Virus record (IMG/VR): IMGVR_UViG_3300032216_001173
Location: 1 to 44,450 of that record
Direction: 5' to 3' (one strand)
DNA from: a virus
Taxonomy: Duplodnaviria > Caudoviricetes
DNA length: 44,450 nucleotides
The notes beneath the pieces were generated by a model. That model had not been told where the DNA came from and did not search any database. It saw only the letters and a program-made list of their open reading frames with translations. Position numbers and translations under genes: made by a program. This document shows, piece after piece, positions 28,907 through 36,280 of this stretch (within the stretch, counting starts at the first letter, position 1; each line of letters starts with the position of its first letter).

Positions 28907-29813
28907 GCTGGCAGCATTCCTCTGCTCGCCATGGGGTCAGGGATGGTGGTGGCAGCGTCACCGGCTCTGGCTCTCGGCGCAATTTGCGCATTGCCTTTCC
29001 CAGCATCACCTTGACTTCGCCAATAGAAATGGCCTCCTGCGAGGCCAGCTGCGCATAACTCATGGGCGGGCATGTCAGCCCCCAGCGGGCCGCGATCAGC
29101 CGCTGCTGAATCGGGTCAAGGCCCGCGATGCGCTCATGGAGCTCCTCAATCTCGGGCGACTGCTCCTCCGCTCCCGGGGCGGCCAACAGTTCACCAAGGC
29201 TACTGGGGTTGTCAATGTCGCCGTGGGCTTGATCAAGGCTGCGGCATGGAGCCCCGACCTGGAGCACCAGATCGAGGTCGTCCAGCTTCATGCCAAGCGC
29301 TGCAGCAAGTTCGGCATTGGTGGGTTGGCGGCCCAGCTCGTTGGTGAGCAGCGCCCCCACCCGGCCCAGCCGCGCCAGCTTCGGGCCGTGGGTGGTGGGC
29401 AATCGGATCGTGCGGCTACTGCTGTCACACCAGCGGGACAAGCCCTGGCGAATCCACCAATACCCAAAGGTCGAGAACTTGTAACCCCGCTCTGGATCAA
29501 ACCGTTCGGCGCCACGCATCAGGCCGATGGCACCAGCCTGGAGTAGGTCGGGGAGATCGCTCTCCCCAATCAGCAGGCCCAGGCCTGGCCTCATCAGCCG
29601 TGTTACGTGAGCGACCAAGCGCAGATTTGCCGAGACCATGCGATCGCGGGCCCGCAGGCCCCGCCGCTTGACCGGTGCCGGGGCGTCATCGGACGATGGC
29701 TGCCAGTCCTGCCAGGTGCGGATCAGGCCGCCGAGGTGGACCTCCTCAGCTGGGGTCAGCCTCGGCACCCGGCCGGAGCTGTCCAACCAGAACCGCACGG
29801 CGTCGTCGGTCAC
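28869..29813 (-). CDS. Phage-encoded RpoD/SigA-family sigma-70 factor (no region 1.1)
   Basis: Region 1.2 LTPAEEVHLG; region 2 MVSANLRLV, DLLQAGAIGL, FDPERGYKFSTFGYWWIRQ; region 3 TIRLP, LGRQPT; start placed at GTG 29813 by GTGA coupling. Confidence 0.93.
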   Translation of the reverse strand: MTDDAVRFWLDSSGRVPRLTPAEEVHLGGLIRTWQDWQPSSDDAPAPVKRRGLRARDRMVSANLRLVAHVTRLMRPGLGLLIGESDLPDLLQAGAIGLMRGAERFDPERGYKFSTFGYWWIRQGLSRWCDSSSRTIRLPTTHGPKLARLGRVGALLTNELGRQPTNAELAAALGMKLDDLDLVLQVGAPCRSLDQAHGDIDNPSSLGELLAAPGAEEQSPEIEELHERIAGLDPIQQRLIAARWGLTCPPMSYAQLASQEAISIGEVKVMLGKAMRKLRREPEPVTLPPPSLTPWRAEECCQLSLLIPTQPALL

Positions 29814-30040
29814 TGCTGACCCAGGTATCGATGCACGATCTCGGCGCAACCGCCACCGAGCTGGCGGGCGGCTTCCCTGGCCTCCGCCAGGGTGACCCCA
29901 CCAGCCGGTTCTCTCCGTTGCTCCAGCAGCCACCGACCCCACCCGATGTGGGTGATCAGGGCATGGGGACCAGGTGGGGCCGCCGAGTAGCTGGCAGACC
30001 ACCAAGACCTGAATAGGGTCTCCAGTTCGCTGTCGCTCAC
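29810..30040 (-). CDS. Hypothetical protein
   Basis: Coupled by 4-nt overlaps on both sides; FRSWWSASY. Confidence 0.7.
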   Translation of the reverse strand: MSDSELETLFRSWWSASYSAAPPGPHALITHIGWGRWLLEQRREPAGGVTLAEAREAARQLGGGCAEIVHRYLGQQ

Positions 30041-30180
30041 AGCAACACCACCAACAACAGGATCAGGGTCGCGAGGTTGAGCACGGCAGTCAAAACGACA
30101 AGCCGCCGCAGGTGCCGCAGGCTTGTAACTCGAATGACGGTGGTCCGATTCTGACCAATGCGGGGTAGTTCAACGCCCAT
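30037..30180 (-). CDS. Small membrane protein (47 aa)
   Basis: Not in track; MGVELPRIGQNRTTVIRVTSLRHLRRLVVLTAVLNLATLILLLVVLL; overlaps neighbours' start/stop. Confidence 0.6.
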   Translation of the reverse strand: MGVELPRIGQNRTTVIRVTSLRHLRRLVVLTAVLNLATLILLLVVLL

Positions 30181-30764
30181 CAGAAAGGAACCTCCGCACC
30201 GCCATACTCATCGAACTCATCGGCAAAGCCGGCTACAGCCGTGACGCTGTAGCCGCCTTCCTGCTCCTCAAAGCCGTCGGCGACTGCTTCGCCAGCGTCT
30301 TCGCGGGGAACGTAGCCGACCACTTGGGCGGCCTTGGGCAGCAGGGTGATGCCGCAACCTTCCTCGCCATCCCAGCCCCGGATAGAGAAACCGATGATCA
30401 TTTCGGATCCGCTGCCAATATCGGCACCGTTCCAAGGCTGCTTCTTGGCGTCAACCAGCTTCGGACCCTTAGTAAAGGTGCCGTCGTCGTTCTGGAATCT
30501 GTTCGTCTTGAACCTGACTCGGATCTTGCCGGGCTGTCCATCGATTGGGGCCCAGGGCGCGCCGTGGGGCGCCCGTTTTTTCTTGGCGCCGTGCTCGGCC
30601 GAGAACTCGGTTTCAAGCCTGGCCAGGAAGCTTTTATGGGCCGGGTTTGAATCGTCGAGAATCATCTCGACCGAGTAAAACCATTTGCCTTTGTACTCAT
30701 CGGCGTGGATGAGGTGGACGTAGCGGACTGGCGCCTTGGGGCTGTAAAAGGTTTCGCTTGCCAT
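30180..30764 (-). CDS. ssb: Single-stranded DNA-binding protein, T7 gp2.5-like
   Basis: PKLVDAKKQP...IGSGSE, GITL...AAQV, acidic tail ending VPF. Confidence 0.82.
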   Translation of the reverse strand: MASETFYSPKAPVRYVHLIHADEYKGKWFYSVEMILDDSNPAHKSFLARLETEFSAEHGAKKKRAPHGAPWAPIDGQPGKIRVRFKTNRFQNDDGTFTKGPKLVDAKKQPWNGADIGSGSEMIIGFSIRGWDGEEGCGITLLPKAAQVVGYVPREDAGEAVADGFEEQEGGYSVTAVAGFADEFDEYGGAEVPF

Positions 30765-30767
30765 GAT

Positions 30768-30968
30768 TCAGAGATCTTCAAGGGGTTGGATACCCAGCCC
30801 TAGACGGACTAGGTGGTGGACGATGCCGGAAGCGGAGATGTTGTGCTGTTCAACCAGCTTCAGGACCTCGATGTAAACATCATCAGGGAGACTGGTTACA
30901 ACGGTTGACCGGCCAGGGTCAGAGCGCGTGGGGCGGCCATAGGCGCGGCGGCCAAAGCGATCAGCCAT
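30768..30968 (-). CDS. Ribbon-helix-helix DNA-binding protein
   Basis: VVTSLPDDVYIEVLKLVEQHNISASGIVHHLVR; start re-called at ATG 30968. Confidence 0.65.
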   Translation of the reverse strand: MADRFGRRAYGRPTRSDPGRSTVVTSLPDDVYIEVLKLVEQHNISASGIVHHLVRLGLGIQPLEDL

Positions 30969-31233
30969 CAACTGCAGCCTCCAAGCGAGCGCGAATAATG
31001 GCGGCGCCAAACCTGGCATCACGGATCGCCCAGATCTGTGCGGCAAGCTGATTCAGCTCTTCGCTCTGGCAAGCCAGGCGGATGACGGCACCAGCACGGG
31101 CAACGGGGATGTCATTGCGCAAAGCCATCTGGAGATCGGCCTGTAGGTCATCAGCCACCTGGGTCAGCAGCTCGCAAGCACGACGCAACCGCTCATCGTT
31201 GCGGTCAGGGGCTGGGGGTGCCAGCGGCTTCAC
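30961..31233 (-). CDS. Hypothetical protein
   Basis: Helical ORF (ERLRRACELL...); start uncertain. Confidence 0.55.
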   Translation of the reverse strand: MKPLAPPAPDRNDERLRRACELLTQVADDLQADLQMALRNDIPVARAGAVIRLACQSEELNQLAAQIWAIRDARFGAAIIRARLEAAVDG

Positions 31234-31921
31234 AGGTGAACCGATCAATGAACTCCAGGTGCTGGATCTGCTTGATTTCTGAGGCGATGCGCAGAACGCT
31301 GGGATCGATTGAAAAGGCATGACGGAAAGCGATTGTGAAGGATTTGCGTTGCGCGGCATCCATGGCCTTGACCATCGCCACGGCAGTGGCCACCTGCTCA
31401 GCTGTCAGCGGCTGCAGGCTGGGGTGGTTGCCCGGGCGATCAGGTGGCGAGTCAGGGCCCATCAGGTCGGGCTCTTCTGCAGCAGCTGGCGGTTCAGGCT
31501 CTGATGCGGAAGCTGAAATAAGTTCAGGCTGAACCTGAACCGGCTCCTCAGCGTGCTGCTCAGGCTCGGAACTCAGAACATCAGGGTCGACAGGAATGCC
31601 CAGCAGGCCGGCCAACAGCAGGGCAGGGCTGCACATGGTCGCCGCGTCAGCTGAGCTGATCTCCTCGGCACCACCAACGTGGCGCAGACAGACCTCAACA
31701 CCGTCGGAGTCCTGCCTCACCAGGTAACAGAACCCCGCCTCAAAAGCTGGCCTAGCGGCTTCCAGCACGGCCGGGAGGCTCAGTTCCGACACTATGGCGC
31801 CGGTGGACTGGAATGCTGCTAGGTCCCGATTAAAGGCGAGCTGCGCATCCCAAGCCAGGGTGGCCAGGTGCGCACTCATCGGATCATGACCAGTGGGTGA
31901 CTGGTCGATTGGTTGGCTCAT
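31205..31921 (-). CDS. ERF-like (degenerate) DNA single-strand annealing protein
   Basis: DLAAFQ, LPAVLEAARP, LRHVGG, LLAGLLGI; in operon with SSB. Confidence 0.5.
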   Translation of the reverse strand: MSQPIDQSPTGHDPMSAHLATLAWDAQLAFNRDLAAFQSTGAIVSELSLPAVLEAARPAFEAGFCYLVRQDSDGVEVCLRHVGGAEEISSADAATMCSPALLLAGLLGIPVDPDVLSSEPEQHAEEPVQVQPELISASASEPEPPAAAEEPDLMGPDSPPDRPGNHPSLQPLTAEQVATAVAMVKAMDAAQRKSFTIAFRHAFSIDPSVLRIASEIKQIQHLEFIDRFTCEAAGTPSP

Positions 31922-31958
31922 GGAGTAGTGAATGCGGGGAACTGGCCCGCTTCCGCTG

Positions 31959-31988
31959 ATCTTACAGGTTCGGTGTGCTGATCTGCAA
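31959..31988 (-). promoter_or_regulatory. Early promoter/operator copy 1 (TTGCAG-N18-TAAGAT)
   Basis: 24/30 identical to 41862-41891; points into the ERF-SSB-sigma operon. Confidence 0.7.
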
Positions 31989-31993
31989 CAGAT

Positions 31994-32722
31994 TCACTGC
32001 GATTGGGTCGACATCTCGATCAGCCCCCCCCCCGAGGGTGCTGGGGAAATCGCACCAATCCAGCGCTGCAGCCAGCCGGTCGGGGCCCACGCGGCGGCCT
32101 GGGGATCCCACAGCTCCAGTAGTTCGGCTGCTGAATAGGGCTCAAAGCCCATCACCACATCAGTCCATCTGGCGCGCTTTGATTGCGGTGCCGCTTGGCC
32201 GGCTGAGGTCAGCTCAGAGCTGCGCATCCCGGCGGCCCTGATGGCGTCCCTCGCCTCTGCAGCCCATTGAGCCGACAGCTCAGCGGCACCAGCATCAGTG
32301 ATCGCAGGCCTGTTCTCGCCAGGGCCAGCCTGGAGCCACTCGGGAATGGAGCGCAGGCCGGCGTGGCACTCCCAAAACTGAGCCGGCCCCCATGGCTGGC
32401 CCTGCTCATCAACGATGGGAAAGCTCCCTTCAAGTTCGAGCTTCAGCTTCCTGGTCCTGACCCCGGAGAAGTCCCCGGCCGCCACCCGTTGATTCACCTC
32501 TGCCAAATGGAGGAAAACCTTGATCCCTGGAGATTTCACCAGCCCGTTTTCCAGCTCGGAAACACCCGAGTGGCCAACCATGGCAAACCCCGCCTCCTGT
32601 GCCCAAACCTTGGCTGTGTACTGGGTCCAGCCGTTCCTCTCGCGGTATCGGCGGAGCATCTTCCCGAACTCCACAGCGCTCTGGGCGCGCTGCTGGAGGA
32701 TCAGGGCATAGGGGGTCGTCAT
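31994..32722 (-). CDS. XRE-family HTH transcriptional regulator, probable repressor
   Basis: FGKMLRRYRERNGWTQ...VSELENG...P; adjacent to integrase. Confidence 0.8.
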   Translation of the reverse strand: MTTPYALILQQRAQSAVEFGKMLRRYRERNGWTQYTAKVWAQEAGFAMVGHSGVSELENGLVKSPGIKVFLHLAEVNQRVAAGDFSGVRTRKLKLELEGSFPIVDEQGQPWGPAQFWECHAGLRSIPEWLQAGPGENRPAITDAGAAELSAQWAAEARDAIRAAGMRSSELTSAGQAAPQSKRARWTDVVMGFEPYSAAELLELWDPQAAAWAPTGWLQRWIGAISPAPSGGGLIEMSTQSQ

Positions 32723-32811
32723 GGGTCGCGATCTCTGATCTCACACGAATGTAAGACTCCCGATCCGCTATCTGGACTACCTGCGGCAACCCGATGCGGA
32801 TCCCCCGCAAC

Positions 32812-32841
32812 TTGACATTCTGAGCCTGAGGGGTTCAGAGT
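32812..32841 (+). promoter_or_regulatory. Rightward promoter TTGACA-N18-CAGAGT, divergent from repressor and antisense to integrase
   Basis: Perfect -35 at 32812-32817; ATG at 32849. Confidence 0.5.
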
Positions 32842-32848
32842 TCCGAGC

Positions 32849-33043
32849 ATGGACGCCACCACCGCACTACGCCGAGCCGCCGCCAGGGCGATCACGCAGC
32901 CGGACTTTGACCCGGCCGGGATCCCCGACATAGCGAATCTCCGCGAGGAACTCCAGCAGCACTGCCCTGAGTTCTTCGTCAGGCATTCCGGCCAGCACGG
33001 CGGGCCGACGGAACAGCTCGCGGTAGCCAGCCCAGTTCGCTGA
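32849..33043 (+). CDS. Candidate antisense-overlapping small ORF (Cro-position gene or RDF?)
   Basis: ATG 7 nt after the putative -10; lies almost entirely opposite the integrase 3' end. Confidence 0.35.
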   Translation: MDATTALRRAAARAITQPDFDPAGIPDIANLREELQQHCPEFFVRHSGQHGGPTEQLAVASPVR

Positions 33044-34159
33044 GGCAACCGCCGGCGGTGCAAGCAGCTCCAGCCGCAAGGCCTCAATGGTTGGAGCCAG
33101 GCCGGGGACACCCTGCGCATTGAGAGCCTCCAGCTGGGCAAGCTGGCGGCGTTTCTCTTCCTGTTCAGGCCGTTCACGATCTGGTGTCGGCAAGGCGGCA
33201 GCATCTCCTGTCACATCCGCAACAGCACAGAGCTCATCAATCACCTGCTGCTTGACCTTCCACTCAGCCAGCCCCTTGTGCAGGTATTGGCAAAGCTGCC
33301 GTGTGCATTTCAATCGCTGTTTGCCTGCATTCATGAAGTAGTGAAGTGAACCTTCGCAGCCGTCACAGGTGATCAATCCAGAAAACAGCCGGCGAACCTT
33401 GGGCGCCCTGGTCCCCCTAGTCCGGCGGCCTTCAATCAATCCGCTGGCCTGCTGCCATTCATGCCAACTGATCAGTGCTTCGGTCTTGTCGGCTTCGTTG
33501 CGGATGATGCCGCGCAAGATTGGATTGTTGATCCAGAGGTAAACCCCACGCGGTGAGCGGTCGTATTTCCACTGGCGAAGCGTGACGGGTGCATTGAACT
33601 CATTGGCGGCCAAGCGGTCCCACAGCACCCGAGCGGCCGCAAAGTTGACCGGGTGAGCGACCACCTTTGACCCGTCGTAGGCGTAGCCAAATGGAAGCCT
33701 TCCGCAGGCGTAATGGCCTGCGGCCTTGCGTCGGTTCAGGCCGTTGCGGATATTGATTGACTTGATCATGGAGTCAACCTCGTTAACCGCTGACAGCACG
33801 CTGGTCATCAGCTTCCCTGACGGATCAGATACGTCTGCATTGGTGCCGTCAAGCAGCTGTACCTCAACCCCCTTGCGGGCGCACATCCGCAGGAAGGCCA
33901 CGTCCTCGCCTTTGCGGCTCATGCGGGCAAGCGATCGGGTGATCACCTTGCGGACCTTGCCGCTTGCCACCAGCTCCAGCAGCTCATCCCATCCCCGTCT
34001 GGCTCGGCTGGTGTAGGCGCTGCGGCGTTCAGCGATGATCCGATCGCAGCCAAGCTCCTGCAGGTGCGCCACCTGGTCCTCAATGGAGATGTCTTGGTCG
34101 GCCTTTGAGCTGGAAACCCTGGCGTAGCCGATGATCACGGGCCCAGTGGCAGCGGGCAA
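32867..34159 (-). CDS. Large serine recombinase (integrase)
   Basis: YARVSS catalytic Ser, ARMSR, LPFGY recombinase domain, LFSGLITCDGC zinc ribbon, coiled coil. Confidence 0.92.
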   Translation of the reverse strand: MPAATGPVIIGYARVSSSKADQDISIEDQVAHLQELGCDRIIAERRSAYTSRARRGWDELLELVASGKVRKVITRSLARMSRKGEDVAFLRMCARKGVEVQLLDGTNADVSDPSGKLMTSVLSAVNEVDSMIKSINIRNGLNRRKAAGHYACGRLPFGYAYDGSKVVAHPVNFAAARVLWDRLAANEFNAPVTLRQWKYDRSPRGVYLWINNPILRGIIRNEADKTEALISWHEWQQASGLIEGRRTRGTRAPKVRRLFSGLITCDGCEGSLHYFMNAGKQRLKCTRQLCQYLHKGLAEWKVKQQVIDELCAVADVTGDAAALPTPDRERPEQEEKRRQLAQLEALNAQGVPGLAPTIEALRLELLAPPAVASANWAGYRELFRRPAVLAGMPDEELRAVLLEFLAEIRYVGDPGRVKVRLRDRPGGGSA

Positions 34160-34196
34160 TCACCTTAAGGCCTAAGGGAACAGGTCAAACGAACAG

Positions 34197-34225
34197 TTGC
34201 GTTAAGTCAGCAGCCGTGGTAGGCT
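34197..34225 (+). promoter_or_regulatory. Sigma-70 promoter TTGCGT-N17-TAGGCT with extended -10 TG
   Basis: Exact 17-nt spacer; TGn before the -10; divergent from integrase. Confidence 0.65.
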
Positions 34226-34231
34226 GTCTCC

Positions 34232-34372
34232 AGCGGCGGACGAAAGCACCGCGCCGGCTTGATCGGCAAAAGGAGCCTTCCCCGGGAACAGGCGAACGAC
34301 CGGGTCACCGAAACGGGTCCAAAGGGGTGCAATGCCCCCACAACAATCCACAACTAGGCGCGGGCGCTTCCC
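34232..34372 (+). ncRNA. Putative structured RNA / long structured 5' leader
   Basis: Five to six consecutive hairpins found by eye behind the promoter; no convincing ORF before 34401. Confidence 0.45.
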
Positions 34373-34400
34373 CCTGGTTGATCTCAACAGCATTCCAACC

Positions 34401-34589
34401 ATGTCCAACATCCTCTGCGTCCTGTTCTGGACGCTGGTGCCCTTCATCGTTCTTGGCGTCATCGCTGATCGCCTGCTTGAAACTCCAACCGACCGGATCC
34501 ACCGCTGGCGTGCTGAGGGCTGCAGCTGGGCCGAGTGCGCCAGGCGGGCTGGGGTGAGCGTCTACCGGGTGCGGAAGTTGGCGGGGTAA
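34401..34589 (+). CDS. Small protein with N-terminal TM helix and C-terminal HTH
   Basis: ILCVLFWTLVPFIVLGVIA then WRAEGCSWAECARRAGVSVYRVRK; start re-called at ATG 34401. Confidence 0.7.
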   Translation: MSNILCVLFWTLVPFIVLGVIADRLLETPTDRIHRWRAEGCSWAECARRAGVSVYRVRKLAG

Positions 34590-34607
34590 CCATTTCCATC
34601 ACGCCAC

Positions 34608-34639
34608 AAAAAAGGCCCACAGCTCTCACACTGCAGGCC
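34608..34639 (-). terminator. Rho-independent terminator (leftward transcripts)
   Basis: GGCCUGCAG-loop8-CUGUGGGCC followed by U6 on the minus strand. Confidence 0.75.
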
Positions 34640-34667
34640 CCAGGAGTTCCACCGCGTTTCAGTCTGC

Positions 34668-35087
34668 CTAGGACGCCAGCAACTCCTCATCCAGGTTGAG
34701 CAGCGGCATCACCGATCCGGTTGGCATCGGCGCCGGTGGCCAGCACACTGCAGCCCTGAGCCTGGCCTCCAACTGCTGGCGCTGGTGGTCGGTCAACAGG
34801 TGGGTGATCGGGTCAAGCACCACTGCATCCGGCCCTGCTAACCAGTCCGGCCAGCGTGCGCAGCCGTAGCCCCATTCCAGGCCGGCCGGATCAATGGCGC
34901 GATGCAGTGGGCCCAGGCGGCCATGGGTCCACCAGATGGCCAGCTGCCAGCCGCTGACCAGATCGATGGTCTGCAGGCCGCAGCAATCCCCCACCGGCCG
35001 ATCGGCCAGGAATGGCTCAGAGTCGGAAACCCGAGCCAATGCAGCCGCGACGGTGGCGCTGGTCGGGCGTGGGGGAATGTTGGTCAA
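34668..35087 (-). CDS. Hypothetical protein
   Basis: Trp-rich 139-aa ORF ending just before the terminator. Confidence 0.65.
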   Translation of the reverse strand: MTNIPPRPTSATVAAALARVSDSEPFLADRPVGDCCGLQTIDLVSGWQLAIWWTHGRLGPLHRAIDPAGLEWGYGCARWPDWLAGPDAVVLDPITHLLTDHQRQQLEARLRAAVCWPPAPMPTGSVMPLLNLDEELLAS

Positions 35088-35130
35088 GGCTGGTTACAGT
35101 AGTGATCACGGAAACGTGAGAGTGATTGAA

Positions 35131-35451
35131 ATGCAAAAGCCCTGGTTTGTTGCGGCACTGCTGGGTGCGTTTGCTGTGCTGTTGGTGGCGCACTTGGGAA
35201 TCCTGGGGTTTGCTGGCCAGCGGTGCGCCAGCTATGGCGCCAGGCTGAGCGCCAGGCTGGATCGGATGCCAATGGGAAGCCCAGCCGCAAGGGCTGCCCA
35301 TGATGCGCAGATGGAAAATGGCGCCAAATGTAGTCGCTTGATTGATGATTTTCAGAAGGCATCTGGCGATTACCAGGCGACAATTTTGGCTTTGCTGTCC
35401 GGTGCTGGCATTAGCGCCGGGGCTGGGGTGATTCAGGATCGCCGGCCGTAG
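35131..35451 (+). CDS. Two-TM membrane protein (moron-like)
   Basis: Hydrophobic N- and C-terminal segments, two Cys in the loop; opposite to neighbours; TACAGT at 35096-35101. Confidence 0.6.
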   Translation: MQKPWFVAALLGAFAVLLVAHLGILGFAGQRCASYGARLSARLDRMPMGSPAARAAHDAQMENGAKCSRLIDDFQKASGDYQATILALLSGAGISAGAGVIQDRRP

Positions 35452-35480
35452 ATCCTGAGGTGAGGTGAGGCGGTGGTGTT

Positions 35481-35663
35481 TCATGGCAGCACCTCATAGC
35501 TCATGCGAAGATTCCAGCCCCAGCCGACACTGCCCCAGCGCACCGCTTCAATATGCACATGGGCACCAGCAAACATATGTCCAACATTGACGATGGTGCT
35601 CTGGTCTGAGTTTATCCACCAGAAATTGCCAATGCGGCCTGTATCTGAAGTCATGAGAATCAC
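35481..35663 (-). CDS. Hypothetical protein
   Basis: ATGA-coupled to upstream gene; aromatic-rich. Confidence 0.55.
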   Translation of the reverse strand: MILMTSDTGRIGNFWWINSDQSTIVNVGHMFAGAHVHIEAVRWGSVGWGWNLRMSYEVLP

Positions 35664-36280
35664 GGCAGGCCCTCAAGTTCGGCGGCGATGGCAAGAAGTT
35701 CGCGGCGTGTATGAGTACGTTGAGACCACTGCAACCACTCCGCTTTGTCGTCGTGGTTATCGCCGTCAAAATCTTCATTTTCAGGCTCCTCCGGCACCAC
35801 CTGATCCGCAGCGGCGCGGAGGGCGGCGGCGATGCGGCTCCGCGGGCCCAGGGCGTAGAGGGCAGCGTCTTTCACTGCCTGCGCGGCGGGGCTCAGCGGT
35901 GTGGTCATAGCTGCCCCCAGCGGGCGAGGCTGCTCAAATTTTTCCCGCAATTCCATCACCATCTCCACCAACCCCCCGGCAGGCGCGACCGGCAGGGCGG
36001 GCTGGGCGGCTGGGGGCACCAGCCACTCCAGGTTGCACTGCTCGCATCCGGCGATAAATGCCTCCAGCGATTCGGCCCAAACGTGGCCGATCCCGCGTGA
36101 TCCAACCTGCACAAGCTCGGGTGACCATTCGGGTGAATGAACGGTTCTGGCTATGTCTCGGCAAGTGTCGGGCTTGCCATGATCCATGTCAACAATGCAG
36201 ACGACTGCTGCAGTATGGGCCAGTTCCCAAAGCTGGCGATAATCGCGTGAGGTTGGGTAGTTGGCAGTTGGAACGATCAT
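35660..36280 (-). CDS. Mosaic hypothetical protein (probable fusion; internal start at 35908, MTTPLSPAAQAV)
   Basis: Start at ATG 36280 by coupling; C-terminal part IAAALRAAADQVVPE...LLAIAAELEG. Confidence 0.65.
   Translation of the reverse strand: MIVPTANYPTSRDYRQLWELAHTAAVVCIVDMDHGKPDTCRDIARTVHSPEWSPELVQVGSRGIGHVWAESLEAFIAGCEQCNLEWLVPPAAQPALPVAPAGGLVEMVMELREKFEQPRPLGAAMTTPLSPAAQAVKDAALYALGPRSRIAAALRAAADQVVPEEPENEDFDGDNHDDKAEWLQWSQRTHTRRELLAIAAELEGLP

Noticed and set aside
29814-30005. N-terminal extension of the sigma ORF as given in the track (378 aa)
   Set aside because: Overlaps a better-supported upstream gene; sigma similarity begins at GTG 29813, which is coupled to that gene's stop
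34232-34340. tRNA or hammerhead ribozyme (GGACGAAA; T-arm-like GGGGTGCAATGCCCC)
   Set aside because: No cloverleaf with an acceptor stem and no CUGANGA core; kept only as an unclassified structured RNA
35930-35950. Programmed -1 frameshift at GGGAAAAATTT restoring the LARWG frame
   Set aside because: LARWG lies in the +1 frame and no in-frame X XXY YYZ heptamer is present
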